Positions 1 through 11,021 are shown, numbered from the stretch's first letter. The stretch is DNA of 64,000 bases from an uncultured Poribacteria bacterium (GCA_951813565.1 OX638351.1:1440001-1504000); one strand, 5' to 3'. Numbers and translations are program-made. The notes: generated from the letters alone by a model not told the origin.

Positions 1-1
1 A

Positions 2-1288
2 ACCTATTCATTTTTAAAACTTTATGTTGAACGCCCGCCTAACCCCTTAGGTCTCTTTAGTGCTGGATTGGACAAGCGGCTTGGGGGAACCCTTGAAATC
101 TATCACGGTTCTGTCCCGATGATTTCCAATGCTTCGGCGCGTAGTCTTGATAATCCATTTCTAAACCTCTTTTCAAAAATTGATCTCGTCTTTATTTTCC
201 AAGTGGTGCTAAGTTTGATAGCACTGCTTTTTGCTTATGATGCAATAGCCGGTGATCGGGAAGCAGGCACCTTACGTTTGGTTATTTCGCATCCAGTGCG
301 GCGCGGCAACATTCTGCTTGCAAAATATATTAGTGCCATGATTTGCCTGCTACTCCCCGTGCTGATGAGTCTGCTAATGGTCATGTTTCTGTTATCCATT
401 ACCGGTTCAATTCAACTAAGCGGACAGGATTTTGTTCGGATAGGCGGAATAGTACTGACAACAAGTATTTATCTGTCTGTATTTTACCTAATTGGATTGC
501 TGATTTCTACAGCGACGCGCCGCACTGCTACCTCGCTGATGTTCTGTATGTTTGTATGGGTCGTTTTGGTTCTCGTTTATCCAAACTGGAGTCGGTTTAC
601 TATAAATCCGGTGGGCGATACGCGAGCAGAAAGAACATCTACTGAAGAACATGTGAGTCAGGTTTGGGAAGAGGTTGACAGAGAAGAACAGCGATTTATA
701 GCAAACAGTCCACTTGAGGAGGACCCACCGTGGTTTAATCTAAGTTATCATGAACAAGGTCGCAGCTACGGTGATGGGCGACAAATGCTTACCTCCAAAG
801 TGAAAGCAAAATCTGAGCATTTAGTTCCTCACGTCCAAAAATATCATGAAACGATGGAAACTTTACGTATCCGTTTAGCGGAACAGACCGCTTTAATAAA
901 GAAACAGTCCTTAGATAAAACGACCTTGCGAGAAGCAAGATGGGATGAACATTTGATGAAACTCAGTCCGGTGGGTCTGTATACGTTTGCAGCTTCCGCG
1001 TGGGCAGGCACCGATCTGGATGGTATGTTTGATTATGTTGACGCTGTGCAGCAGTATCGACGTTCCACCATAAACTATTTACATGAAAAAAACGCATTCG
1101 GTAGCCGGCAATGGTTTGACACGAGCAAAGGTGAAGTAGATTGGCAGGATTTACCGCAATTTCGCTTTGAACGGGCAGATGTTTCGGAAAACGCAACGCG
1201 CGCATTCCCCGAATTGTTTTTACTGCTACTCATCAATACGGTTTTGTTCACAGTGGCGTTTATGCTATTTATCAAGGTTGAAGTTTAA
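2..1288 (+). CDS. ABC-2 type transporter permease, type A paralog (5' truncated by window edge)
   Basis: Frame is open from nt 2 (TYSFLKLYVERPPNPLGLFSAGLDK), matching the paralog at 6408. Motif YDAIAGDREAGTLRLV, multiple TM helices, large extracytoplasmic loop. Confidence 0.85.
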   Translation, partial: TYSFLKLYVERPPNPLGLFSAGLDKRLGGTLEIYHGSVPMISNASARSLDNPFLNLFSKIDLVFIFQVVLSLIALLFAYDAIAGDREAGTLRLVISHPVRRGNILLAKYISAMICLLLPVLMSLLMVMFLLSITGSIQLSGQDFVRIGGIVLTTSIYLSVFYLIGLLISTATRRTATSLMFCMFVWVVLVLVYPNWSRFTINPVGDTRAERTSTEEHVSQVWEEVDREEQRFIANSPLEEDPPWFNLSYHEQGRSYGDGRQMLTSKVKAKSEHLVPHVQKYHETMETLRIRLAEQTALIKKQSLDKTTLREARWDEHLMKLSPVGLYTFAASAWAGTDLDGMFDYVDAVQQYRRSTINYLHEKNAFGSRQWFDTSKGEVDWQDLPQFRFERADVSENATRAFPELFLLLLINTVLFTVAFMLFIKVEV

Positions 1289-1399
1289 TTGAATACATAG
1301 TCAGCGTAGGTTGGGTAGAACGCAGTGAAACCCATAACTGTCAATTTAGTGCCTGATTTCCTTGTTGGAAGGAGACTTTACCCGCCCAATTCTCTTCTT

Positions 1400-1423
1400 G
1401 TAGGAGCGAGCTCCAGCTCGCGA
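1400..1423 (+). repeat. GTAG-type REP palindrome (representative of a family recurring across the window)
   Basis: GTAG-GAGCGAGCTCCAGCTCGCGA. The same or near-identical unit occurs at ~3825, ~26898 and ~50054. Sister families: GTAGGAGGGAACTCCGATTCCCGA, GTAGGAGCGATCTCCGAATCGCGA, GTAGTCGCGCAATTCATTGCG, GTAGGTTGGGTAGA..AAACCCA. Confidence 0.8.
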
Positions 1424-1444
1424 CATCTTAGGACTGGTCGCGAG

Positions 1445-1585
1445 CTAGTGGAGTGTCTACCGAAATTTTGCGGGTAAAGGTCGCGATTCGGAGATCGCTC
1501 CTACAGAACACCCCTCTTTGTAGGAGGGAACTCCGATTCCCGACTACTGACACGAATCGCAATTTTAGTGTAGACAGAACACTAG
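1445..1585. mobile_element. MITE-like element with CTAG ends, inserted into a REP
   Basis: Imperfect TIR CTAGTGGAGTGTCTAC...GTAGACAGAACACTAG. Removing it restores an inverted REP (tcgcgagctagagctcgctccta). Confidence 0.55.
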
Positions 1586-2091
1586 AGCTCGCTCCTAATG
1601 AACTTTGACAATCAAAAGAGGTAATTTCATTTAACGTGAGTTTGATAAAAGAAATAAAATTTAGATGTTATGTTTCGCTTACGTCTATCTAATCCAGAAA
1701 CCAAAACAAATACTTTGCTCCGTAGGAGCAATATGTTTATAGCAACCATCAAACACCGCACCCCCGCTCCGTGAATCAACGCCAAATGCGCGCAAGGCAT
1801 TTAGCGGGTGCGGTATGTGATCAATCCCTCATAGCACACCGCTGGAGTGCAAGAACTTCGGGACATGTTTCTATAAACATAGCACACCGCTGGAGTGCAA
1901 GAACACATTTGTTATTGAATGTAATAGACGTGAAATATCGTTCCGTTTCCTTTAATATTTAATATTAATGTCGAACTTACTTTCATTAGGAAAGTTTGCC
2001 CGATTTGAACGTCAAAACTCATCAGAATGTAAGAAGTACCGAATTACGAACTCGCGTTTACTAAGCAAGCAGCATTCTAAAGGAAAAGCCT

Positions 2092-3627
2092 ATGATTTTT
2101 CATATTATCAAACGAGAACTCTTTGACCATATCAATAGCCTCCGATTTGTCTTAACGACGGTAATACTATTAGTCTTAATGTCTACCAATGCCTTTGTGC
2201 ATCTTCGGACACATCCCGAAAAGGTGCGTAAATATTCCAACAATATTACCAAATCTCTTGACGACTTACAATCCCGAACCGAGTTGTACACGCTGACACG
2301 AAAGGGGCCCGGCAACCTTTATAAAAGCCCATCTTCGCTTTCTTTTATCGCCGATGGAGATGATGCTTACTTACCGAGAAATATATACAGTCCAGGGTCT
2401 TGGTCGAGATCCGGTTTTGGTAGTAGAGTCAGAAGCAATTGGTGGCTAAGTTATGGCAGTGTGAACCCAGATGCAAAAGATCTCCGTCCGCAAGCAACAA
2501 AGATAGATTGGGTATTTATTATCACCTACTTGCTCTCTCTTATCCCACTCTTGTTTACATTCGACTCGTTTTCTGGTGAACGCGAACGAGGAACACTTCG
2601 ATTGTGTCTGGCAAACCCAATTTCACGCCCCACCTTATTAGTCGGTAAATTCTTGGGGACATTGATAGCCATTCTCATTCCGTTCTGTTTTGCCGTATTA
2701 CTGAATCTTGCTGTGATTTCCCTGAGTAGCTGGACGCAACTGAGTGCTATGGACTGGGGACGTTTGGGCATAATCCTGCTCATTGCAATAAGTTACGCTG
2801 GCATTTTCATCGGATTGGGGTTGATGATTTCAGCGGGGACTCGTGAACCTCGGCTCAGCTTGATTGTTGTTCTGTTGATTTGGGTAACATTCGTGGTTTT
2901 TATCCCATCAACCCTTGGAACCCTTTCCACAAAATGGATGCCGCCTTTACAAACAAACGATCAATTTAAAGCTGCCAAAGATTTAGCAATTGACGAGAAT
3001 AACACAGACTATAATGAACAAATAAAGGCAATCAAAGAGAAGAAACTTTCTGGCGCGCAAAGTAAACTTCAGCAACTGGCGAAAATGCCACGCGAAAATG
3101 TGTCCCCTGAAGATATTAAAGCCGCTGAAGAAGAATATAATTCAGTATGGCAGAAAGATGGGAATGAAGAACTACAAATCAAGTCAGAATTTATTAAAAA
3201 AGATGTAGAGATACGAGAACGTTTTAACCGATCCCATTTAGACGCACAAACCGCTCAGATTCAGAGCGCAAGAGCAATAACGCGATTTTCACCTGCAGCG
3301 ATTGTCCAATACGCGCTTGAATCGATGGCTGGGACGGGTTTTAATCGGCACTTACAATTCTTAGACAACGTGCATCTTTACACGAAACAATTTCGGCAAT
3401 TTATTGTTGAAATTGATAGATCAGACAACGAAAGCCTCCACCTTATCGGTATTCCAGAGGGCATGTCTAAGACGACGGTAACGATTGAGGCAATCCCAAA
3501 ATTTGAGGACAAAATCACCTTCAGGGACACGTTCAACTCCGCGACTTTGGATCTGTTGTTACTCGTGCTACTTCTCATGATATTTTTTTCAGGGGCATTT
3601 CTCGTCTTTTTACGGACAGAGGTCTGA
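2092..3627 (+). CDS. ABC-2 type transporter permease, type B paralog
   Basis: IKRELFDHINSLRF start, IDWVFI, FDSFSGERERGTLRL, TM helices; paralogous to 7915 and 15956 genes. Confidence 0.85.
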   Translation: MIFHIIKRELFDHINSLRFVLTTVILLVLMSTNAFVHLRTHPEKVRKYSNNITKSLDDLQSRTELYTLTRKGPGNLYKSPSSLSFIADGDDAYLPRNIYSPGSWSRSGFGSRVRSNWWLSYGSVNPDAKDLRPQATKIDWVFIITYLLSLIPLLFTFDSFSGERERGTLRLCLANPISRPTLLVGKFLGTLIAILIPFCFAVLLNLAVISLSSWTQLSAMDWGRLGIILLIAISYAGIFIGLGLMISAGTREPRLSLIVVLLIWVTFVVFIPSTLGTLSTKWMPPLQTNDQFKAAKDLAIDENNTDYNEQIKAIKEKKLSGAQSKLQQLAKMPRENVSPEDIKAAEEEYNSVWQKDGNEELQIKSEFIKKDVEIRERFNRSHLDAQTAQIQSARAITRFSPAAIVQYALESMAGTGFNRHLQFLDNVHLYTKQFRQFIVEIDRSDNESLHLIGIPEGMSKTTVTIEAIPKFEDKITFRDTFNSATLDLLLLVLLLMIFFSGAFLVFLRTEV

Positions 3628-3675
3628 TCTTATACCATTTCTAATTGATCGCCTTTCATTAACAAAAAACACGTT

Positions 3676-3782
3676 TATAGTGAACTTTGAAATTATTGGG
3701 ACACTTTGATAAACTTATCTTGGAAAGATAATAGACAATAGAAGTTTATCAAAGTGTCCCAGTAATTATAGGTTTTACTATA
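3676..3782. mobile_element. Long palindromic MITE-like element with TATAGT..ACTATA ends
   Basis: Arms ggacactttgataaactt / aagtttatcaaagtgtcc. Ends tatagtgaa / ttttactata recur at ~9530-9763, ~60848-60921 and ~61756-61893. Confidence 0.5.
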
Positions 3783-3946
3783 ATATGAATCACAAATCCT
3801 GTTACTTTCAGCACGTCTCTTCTTGTAGGAGCGAGCTCCAGCTCGCGACTGTTAGACTTTTAATTTATATGGAATAGCAGTTGTAAGCACAACCAACAGG
3901 TCATAGAAACTCAAAGATGCCCACAAACTAACAAAAGGAGCATATT

Positions 3947-4402
3947 ATGAAAAAGTATAAACGCGTTCTTATTCTGATTATTGTTTTCCTGATTATTGCA
4001 GGGGTTAGCTGCACCACGATGATCACAGATGAAATAAATATTGTGGATAGAATAACACATGATCACTACAAAGTTGATCCCAAAGGGCAATTAATCGTTA
4101 ATGCTGAGATTGGCGAGGTTTCTGTCGAGAAAACAGATCACCTCACGTCTGATATTGATTTTGATATCAAAAAGGAGTGGAAATCGGGGATGATGTTTCA
4201 ACCGAATTCGAAGCGATGGATTAAGGATATGCTCAAAGATTTGGAAGTCAAAATTAAACGCGACCCGCCAGATGTACGGCTTGACGTTAAATTCAAACGC
4301 GGAAAACAACATTGGAAAAAGGGATTAAAATGGTTGACGGTTAACATTGATCTTAAAGTGCCGCGTCAATATAAGGTCGTTTCGAATGCCCCATCTAAGT
4401 GA
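3947..4402 (+). CDS. Putative lipoprotein, DUF4097/adhesin-like beta-strand region
   Basis: AAGGAG RBS, basic N-terminus, hydrophobic stretch, lipobox-like GVSC; LIVNAEIGEVSVE and VNIDLKVP resemble the DUF4097 N-terminus. Confidence 0.55.
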   Translation: MKKYKRVLILIIVFLIIAGVSCTTMITDEINIVDRITHDHYKVDPKGQLIVNAEIGEVSVEKTDHLTSDIDFDIKKEWKSGMMFQPNSKRWIKDMLKDLEVKIKRDPPDVRLDVKFKRGKQHWKKGLKWLTVNIDLKVPRQYKVVSNAPSK

Positions 4403-4739
4403 ACAAGAATATGCATAAATAACTGATGTTGAATGTCTTAGTAGCGCGTATCTCCTAAATCAGATTTTGTTTGGTTTGCTCTGTTTTATCTAACGCTTCT
4501 TCATATTGTAGGGGCGGGACCCTGTGCCCGCCCATTGTTCCATCTTCAAGACATGGCGAGGCACCAAATCAACGGTATGAATGCCTGTTGGCATTCCCCG
4601 GAGACCTCGCCCTACAATGATTTATGAGACAGGTTGTAGTAATAATTTAAATTTTACAATTTTTTTCAAGTTATGCACCCTTTTCACCTTCAAATTGTAT
4701 CATGTATAGTCGTAAACCAATTTATTGTGGAGAACTCTG

Positions 4740-5579
4740 ATGGAAAAAGACGATATTGAACTTATTCACAACATTTTGTCCGGCGACGAGACAGCGTTTA
4801 ATGTCTTAGTCCAAAAATACCAAAAAAGTATTCACGCTATCGCGTGGCAGAGAGTTGGAGATTTTCACGTCGCCGAAGAAATTACCCAAGATGTCTTCCT
4901 ACAGGCATATAATAAACTGTCTACGCTAAAAGACCCAAATAAGTTTGCCAGATGGCTTTATGTAATTACCAAGCGGCGCTGCGCTCGCTGGCTCCAAAGA
5001 GAAAAGCCTACAATGCAATCGTTAGAAGTCGTTGATGAGGCAACTCTGGAGAAATCCGCTTTTACACATTATGTTGCAGAGCAGCGTGAGGAAGCGGCAA
5101 CCGAGCATCGCCGCGAAGTTGTTAAAAAGCTTTTGGAAAAACTGCCGGATAGCCAACGGACAGTGGTGGCACTCTATTACTTTAGGGATATGACATCCGA
5201 AGCGATTAGCAAATTTCTGGGCGTATCTATCAACACGATTAAGAGTAGACTCAGACCTGCACGACAACGTTTGAGGGAGGAAAAAATGATCACAGTTGAA
5301 TGTTATGAGCAAGACAAATTTAAAGGGAAGAAAATAACCATTCTTCAAGATATTGAGGACCTTCAAGATAGTCTGGAACGTTCAGGGTTTGAAAACCGTA
5401 TCTCGTCTATCCGTATAATTCAAAAAGGGGATTTTCCACGCAGTGGTGGGAAAGTTGTGTTTCACGAACACCCCGATTTTGCAGGTATTTTTTTACCTAT
5501 CCACATGGAACCGGAGATATCTATGAAAGAGATACCTAATTATCCTCATTCCATCCTCTCAATTAAGATTGAAGGTTGA
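4740..5579 (+). CDS. ECF RNA polymerase sigma factor fused to a C-terminal beta/gamma-crystallin domain
   Basis: Sigma region 2 (AEEITQDVFLQAY, FARWLY) and region 4 (SINTIKSRL). C-terminus has Greek-key signatures CYEQDKFKG, ENRISSIRI, FHEHPDFAG. Confidence 0.8.
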   Translation: MEKDDIELIHNILSGDETAFNVLVQKYQKSIHAIAWQRVGDFHVAEEITQDVFLQAYNKLSTLKDPNKFARWLYVITKRRCARWLQREKPTMQSLEVVDEATLEKSAFTHYVAEQREEAATEHRREVVKKLLEKLPDSQRTVVALYYFRDMTSEAISKFLGVSINTIKSRLRPARQRLREEKMITVECYEQDKFKGKKITILQDIEDLQDSLERSGFENRISSIRIIQKGDFPRSGGKVVFHEHPDFAGIFLPIHMEPEISMKEIPNYPHSILSIKIEG

Positions 5580-6407
5580 GCACCCTACTGCTTTGTCAAC
5601 ATATTATTCTCCGTCACGATTCGGAGACCGCTCCTACCGATGGAACGCTTATGGTAGGAGGGAACTCCGATTCCTGACTACTACTTTCAAGACCCATCAA
5701 TTATCACTTGACGAGGCACTACGGTGAATCTAAGAATATGGAGTTTATAGCGGATTCTACAATTAACTGGACATCTGAGCTGTCCGAGGGAACTCCGATT
5801 CCCGACTATTAGTGGTTTCGTCGCGATTCGGAGATCGCTCCTACAGAATATATGTGAACTTATTTACATAATTTACGAGTTGTGCTAAATAACCATTTGT
5901 AGAACTTTATTTCACAAAAGAAAATGTTTGTAAGTCATTATCATATATTTATATGTTCTTCAGTCCCGCCAAATGCCATAAGCGCATTTGGCGTTGATTT
6001 GGTAGGGGCGATATGTTTATAGAAAATGATTGGACGAGCACTCTTTAGTCCCGCCAAATGCCGGACGGGGAATGCCAAAAGGCATTCATACCCGGTGAAT
6101 GACTAAAGACGAATGCGCTTTTGGCATTCGCCATGATTCATACCGTTGATTTCTTGATTTGGCGCATTTGGCGTTGATTTGGTAGGGACGATATGTTTAT
6201 AGCACAAATGCAAATATATGTGAAAACCAACAAAACAAAATGTTAACTGGCACAAGTCGTATAATTTACTATAATATATTTATTTTGTCCAAACAATCCA
6301 AAAGTGCATCCGAAAATGTGTATAAATGATTCATTCCTATTTTCTGAATGATGGAGGTCTGTCCAGAAATTTGACATATTAGTCTATTCACACCAGAAAA
6401 CTGTATA

Positions 6408-7913
6408 ATGCTAACACTCATCCGCCGAGAACTTCTTGACAACCTAATGACATTCCGATTTGCTGCAGCAGTCTTCATTATGCTGTTGCTTGTAGTTGCC
6501 AACACCTTTGTGCTTATCAATGATTATGAGAGTCGATTAGCCGGCCATAATACCTCTGTCAATATGCATAAGCGACAACTGCAAGAGACTAAAACCTATT
6601 CGGCAGGTGAAGTTCGCGTTGACCGTCCGCCAAACCCATTGAGCATTTTTAATGTAGGGTTTGATAAACAACTTGGAAACGAAGCTCGTATAACCCACCA
6701 ATTTGTGCCGTCGCTGTGGGATGCTGGCATGCACGGCTCCTCTAATCCGTTTATGGATATGTTTGCTTCAATGGATATTATTTTTATTTTTCAGGTGATC
6801 CTTAGCTTGTTGGCATTGATATTTGCTTACGATGCACTTGCGGGAGAATACGAAAATGGAACTTTGCGCTTAGTCTTGACACATCCTGTTAGGCGAGGTA
6901 AAATATTGGTTGCTAAATACGTTAGTGCAATGCTCTGCCTCATTGTGCCGTTGTTGATAAGTTTGCTCCTCTCGCTTATTTTACTCACGACATCCACATC
7001 CATCGCTCTAAACACCGATGATTTTCTTCGCATCGGTGGAATCATCTTAACGTCCATTGTTTATCTTTCCGTATTCTATCTGATGGGACTGCTGATTTCT
7101 GCGGTAACCCGTAGGACGAGTACAGCATTGATGTTGTCTATGTTTGTTTGGGGATTTTTAGTATTGGTTTATCCAAATATGATTCTTGCCGTGATACCTC
7201 AACACGAGGCACCGCAGGAACGCAAGACATCCGCTTACAGTAAAATTGAACAGATGTGGAAGGAATTCGACAAAGAACGCAAGCACTACCTTGCTACTGA
7301 CGATTTTCCAGGGGAAGATTGGGGTTATGAACTAAGGGGTTGGGGAACACGTTCCAATTTTATTTTATTGGGTAATCCTCACACACTTTTCTATAAATGT
7401 CGTAGTATGATGAATTTTCAAGGGTTTGGTGAGGAAGATGAACCCAAGATTCCTCACGCACGGAAACATTTCCGCTACCTCGGTCCGAGAATTGTTGATA
7501 CCGCAGATAAGACATGGCTCGTCCGAAAGCCTGCACTTGATGACATCTTTATTCGACCTGCCAATAAAGAGAGAATCTGGTTGAAACTCTCACCAGTGGG
7601 ACTATACGATGCCGCAACACAAGCGTGGGCAGGCACTGACGTACACGGTGTTAGAGATTTTTTCGACGCTGCAAGACAATATAGAAAGCAGGTAATTGAC
7701 TATTTCTACGATACAGATGTGTTTGGATCGCGACAATGGTTCTCATCGGACAAAGGGGCTGCTGATTGGAGTGATTTACCACAATTTACTTATCAAAGGG
7801 TTGATAGCAACACAAATGCAAAGCGCGCACTGCCAGATGTATGCTTACTGCTGATGATGAATGTCGTTCTGTTTATCATTATATTTCTGATCTTCGTCAA
7901 AAGTGAGGTGTAG
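6408..7913 (+). CDS. ABC-2 type transporter permease, type A paralog
   Basis: DRPPNPLSIF, SNPF, YDALAGEYENGTLRLV, TM helices. Confidence 0.9.
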   Translation: MLTLIRRELLDNLMTFRFAAAVFIMLLLVVANTFVLINDYESRLAGHNTSVNMHKRQLQETKTYSAGEVRVDRPPNPLSIFNVGFDKQLGNEARITHQFVPSLWDAGMHGSSNPFMDMFASMDIIFIFQVILSLLALIFAYDALAGEYENGTLRLVLTHPVRRGKILVAKYVSAMLCLIVPLLISLLLSLILLTTSTSIALNTDDFLRIGGIILTSIVYLSVFYLMGLLISAVTRRTSTALMLSMFVWGFLVLVYPNMILAVIPQHEAPQERKTSAYSKIEQMWKEFDKERKHYLATDDFPGEDWGYELRGWGTRSNFILLGNPHTLFYKCRSMMNFQGFGEEDEPKIPHARKHFRYLGPRIVDTADKTWLVRKPALDDIFIRPANKERIWLKLSPVGLYDAATQAWAGTDVHGVRDFFDAARQYRKQVIDYFYDTDVFGSRQWFSSDKGAADWSDLPQFTYQRVDSNTNAKRALPDVCLLLMMNVVLFIIIFLIFVKSEV

Positions 7914-7914
7914 A

Positions 7915-9327
7915 ATGGTTTGGCATATAGCAAAACGCGAACTCTACGATAACCTGAATAGCCTCAGATTTGCACTTGCTACTGTGCTGCTACTGAGTTT
8001 GATGTTAACAAATGCAGTTGTCCATCTTCGGGAACATCCAGAGCGGGTGAAACAGTATCAAAAAGGTGTCTCCGAATACCAGAATGAATTACAGTCTCAT
8101 GCTGACAACAGTCTATATGACCTTGCACAAAAGGGACCTGGTAATCTATACAAAAAACTATCCAATCTTCGTTTCTGTGCAGAGGGTGGTGAGACGTTTT
8201 TGTCAGAATACGCTGACGGAGGATACAACCGATGGAGTACCGACACATTAAAAAGTTTCTGGATCTTAGCGTATCCCACGTCAATACCTAATCGAAAAAA
8301 CGTTCGCCCAATCGTCACCAAAGTAGATTGGGGCTTTATAATTGGGTATGTATTAAGTCTTGTTGCACTCCTGTTTACTTTCGATTCGATTTCAGGAGAA
8401 CGCGAGCGTGGCACGCTGCGACTGACGTTGGCGAATTCGATCCCACGACACACCGTGCTAATTGGCAAGTTCTTGGGAGCATTGATAAGTATTAGCATTC
8501 CGTTCACGCTTTCGATATTGATGAACCTGTTGGTGATCTCTACTTCAAGTGATGTCCACCTCGGCGCTGAAGCATGGGAGCGTTTAGGTATCATTTTCTG
8601 TATCGCTCTCTTGTATACTTGCCTTTTTCTTGCGTTGGGTCTGCTCGTGTCGGCCCGAGTGAAACGGAGCGCAGTAAGTCTCGTGGTCCTGCTATTGGTT
8701 TGGGTCGTCCTTGTGGTTTTTATGCCGAGTACCCTCGCTTCTATTGCAGGTGGATCTCCATCATCAGGCCCTACACTTGACTTCTCGGAACGTTCAGAAA
8801 AACTACATGATGAACTATCAAACGAATATGACTCTAATCGATATAAAGAACCTGAGGATTCACTCAAACGGATACAGATGGATGGTGAGTATGTCATCAA
8901 AGACGCAGAACAGCAAGAACAGTTACACGCAGAACGCTTAAATCAGCGAGTCGAACAAGTAAACCGAGCACGCGCCATAACTCGTTTTTCTCCGGTTACG
9001 ATTGTGCAGCATCTCCTTGAATCCTTTGCAGGAACTGGGTTTGAGAGACATCTCCAATTTTTAGAGAATGTTAAATCTTACGCACGAGAGTTTCGGATAT
9101 TCATTGTTGATGCAGATAGAGCTGATCCAGATAGTCTCCATATCCTTGGTTTTCGTACAGGCATGTCGCAGAAACCTGTCAACCCAGAAGTTGTTCCGAT
9201 GTTTGAAGATACTCTTAATCTCAGTAAAGACTTCAATACCGCAGCGATGGATATGCTGTTGTTAACGATGTTTGTCGTAGTGCTTCTATCGGGTGCCTAT
9301 CTCGCGTTTGTCCGTGTTGAGATTTGA
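7915..9327 (+). CDS. ABC-2 type transporter permease, type B paralog
   Basis: ATG 1 nt after the upstream stop, with GAGGTG RBS. MVWHIAKRE, VDWGFI, FDSISGERERGTLRL. Confidence 0.9.
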   Translation: MVWHIAKRELYDNLNSLRFALATVLLLSLMLTNAVVHLREHPERVKQYQKGVSEYQNELQSHADNSLYDLAQKGPGNLYKKLSNLRFCAEGGETFLSEYADGGYNRWSTDTLKSFWILAYPTSIPNRKNVRPIVTKVDWGFIIGYVLSLVALLFTFDSISGERERGTLRLTLANSIPRHTVLIGKFLGALISISIPFTLSILMNLLVISTSSDVHLGAEAWERLGIIFCIALLYTCLFLALGLLVSARVKRSAVSLVVLLLVWVVLVVFMPSTLASIAGGSPSSGPTLDFSERSEKLHDELSNEYDSNRYKEPEDSLKRIQMDGEYVIKDAEQQEQLHAERLNQRVEQVNRARAITRFSPVTIVQHLLESFAGTGFERHLQFLENVKSYAREFRIFIVDADRADPDSLHILGFRTGMSQKPVNPEVVPMFEDTLNLSKDFNTAAMDMLLLTMFVVVLLSGAYLAFVRVEI

Positions 9328-9953
9328 TCGTGATGAAACCTATATAAAGTGAATTCGATAATGATTTGAAATATATCCGTAGGTTGGGATGAGCAAGTGA
9401 AACTAATACCTCTTGTGGGAGGCGTTTTCAACGCCGATACCTTATTCAGTCGGGCTTACAAAGCCCTCCCACAAGAAATAATATGCTAATATGGACTTTG
9501 AGTGGTCTCAATCCATCCTAAAATTATTTATAGTGAAATCTAAAATTACCTGGACAGTTCTTTATAGGTTTGATGCGTTTGTAGTCGCGCAATTCATTGC
9601 GCCTCGGACATTAACCGGTAGGCGGTGAATGCCATACGGGGAATGCCTAAATGGCATTCATACCCGCCAAATGCCTAAATGGCATTTGTAGCGTTGATTT
9701 CTTGATTTGGAGGTTTCCTAACCTCGCCTATTGCAACGTATAATTAATTGTAAAATTCACTATAACTCATGTTATATATGTAAGGAGCCTCAATAACCTA
9801 ACGACCTTCGCTACACAGTAGCATTTCTGACCGTAACGTTTTATTTGAACTTTTCACAAAAAAGTGTGTGTAACCTATTAGATGTCCTGAAAACCGGACT
9901 TATCACAGAAATTTAGATTAGAAACCGTATAACCTATAAATCATTTCAAAAAA

Positions 9954-9983
9954 TGCAACCTTTATACCCTTAAAACGCGTCTA
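9954..9983 (+). promoter_or_regulatory. Putative ECF sigma promoter upstream of the ABC ATPase
   Basis: TGCAACC-N17-CGTCTA, nearly identical to motifs at 20263-20291 and 23357-23386. Confidence 0.7.
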
Positions 9984-10047
9984 TGCAACATAAGCCAATG
10001 TCACTTTAATGTCCAGAATAGAACACAAGATTTCAAGGAGGTACAAA

Positions 10048-10782
10048 ATGTTAGAAACCCGTGAACTAACAAAAGTCTATAACGAGAACGTTTTAGCTGT
10101 CAACAAATTGAACATGAAAGTCGAAGATGGCGAAATCTATGTCGTCCTCGGTGCGAACGGTGCAGGCAAAAGCACGACCATATCCATGCTGCTCAACTTC
10201 ATTGAACCGACAAGCGGCACTGCCCTTGTTGGGGACATTGAAATTCCAAAGTTCCCACTGGAAGCGAAAAAGCATCTTGCCTACGTTTCTGAGAACGTTG
10301 AACTTTACCGGAATTTTACGGCACGCCAAAACTTATCCTTTTTTGCAAAACTTGGAGGGCGAAAGAAAGTCTCGAATGCGGAACTGGATCAGACACTTGG
10401 CAGGGTTGGCTTAGCTGAGGAAGCGTTTACGCGGCGCGTCAAAACTTTCTCTAAAGGAATGCGGCAACGTCTCGGCATCGCAATTGCAATCATGAAGGAC
10501 GCACAAGCTGTCCTGCTTGATGAACCGACTTCAGGGCTTGATCCGAAGGGTGGCGCCGATTTCTTAAACCTTCTGCGTCAACTCAAAGAGGAAGGAAAAG
10601 CTATCTTTATGTCTACTCACGACATCTTTCGCGCGAAGGAGATCGCTGACAGGATAGGAATCCTTGTGCAAGGTAACCTTGAGCGAGAGTTAACGCGTGA
10701 AGAGATTCAAAATGAAAATCTTGAGGAATTGTATCTGCACTATGTTGCTGGATACGAACCCGAAGAAGACGCGACTGAGTAA
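10048..10782 (+). CDS. ABC transporter ATP-binding protein
   Basis: AAGGAGG RBS; Walker A GANGAGKS, signature FSKGMRQR, Walker B LLDEPTSGLD, H-loop STH. Confidence 0.95.
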   Translation: MLETRELTKVYNENVLAVNKLNMKVEDGEIYVVLGANGAGKSTTISMLLNFIEPTSGTALVGDIEIPKFPLEAKKHLAYVSENVELYRNFTARQNLSFFAKLGGRKKVSNAELDQTLGRVGLAEEAFTRRVKTFSKGMRQRLGIAIAIMKDAQAVLLDEPTSGLDPKGGADFLNLLRQLKEEGKAIFMSTHDIFRAKEIADRIGILVQGNLERELTREEIQNENLEELYLHYVAGYEPEEDATE

Positions 10783-10869
10783 AACTTAGTGCATTCATTA
10801 GTTCAGTTATTGTATAATTTTATTGTGAGGCGGGATACTGTGCCCGCCATCGTTCATTGCAAGACGTTA

Positions 10870-11021
10870 ACGTGAGTTTGTTAATAGATATATGAACTTC
10901 ATTTTGCATAAAATCTTATTCTCATAAGCCCGGTAGGTGCGGTTTCCCGACGAATGCCACAGGCGCATTTGGCGTTGATTCACCGCACCGAGTCCAAAAA
11001 TCTGATTTATCAAACTCCCGT
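10870..11021. mobile_element. 152-bp MITE with 9-bp target-site duplication
   Basis: TIR ACGTGAGTTTGTTAA / TTATCAAACTCCCGT, flanked by AAGACGTTA at 10861-10869 and 11022-11030. A related element lies at ~1634-1982. Confidence 0.7.

Noticed and set aside
1771..1962. 63-aa ORF with repeated IAHRWSART
   Set aside because: It arises from a 26-bp direct repeat inside repeat/MITE DNA and has no RBS.
8097..8900. 267-aa antisense ORF, and similar shadows such as 16431-17054 and 13653-14225
   Set aside because: These lie antisense to well-supported genes and show no motifs.
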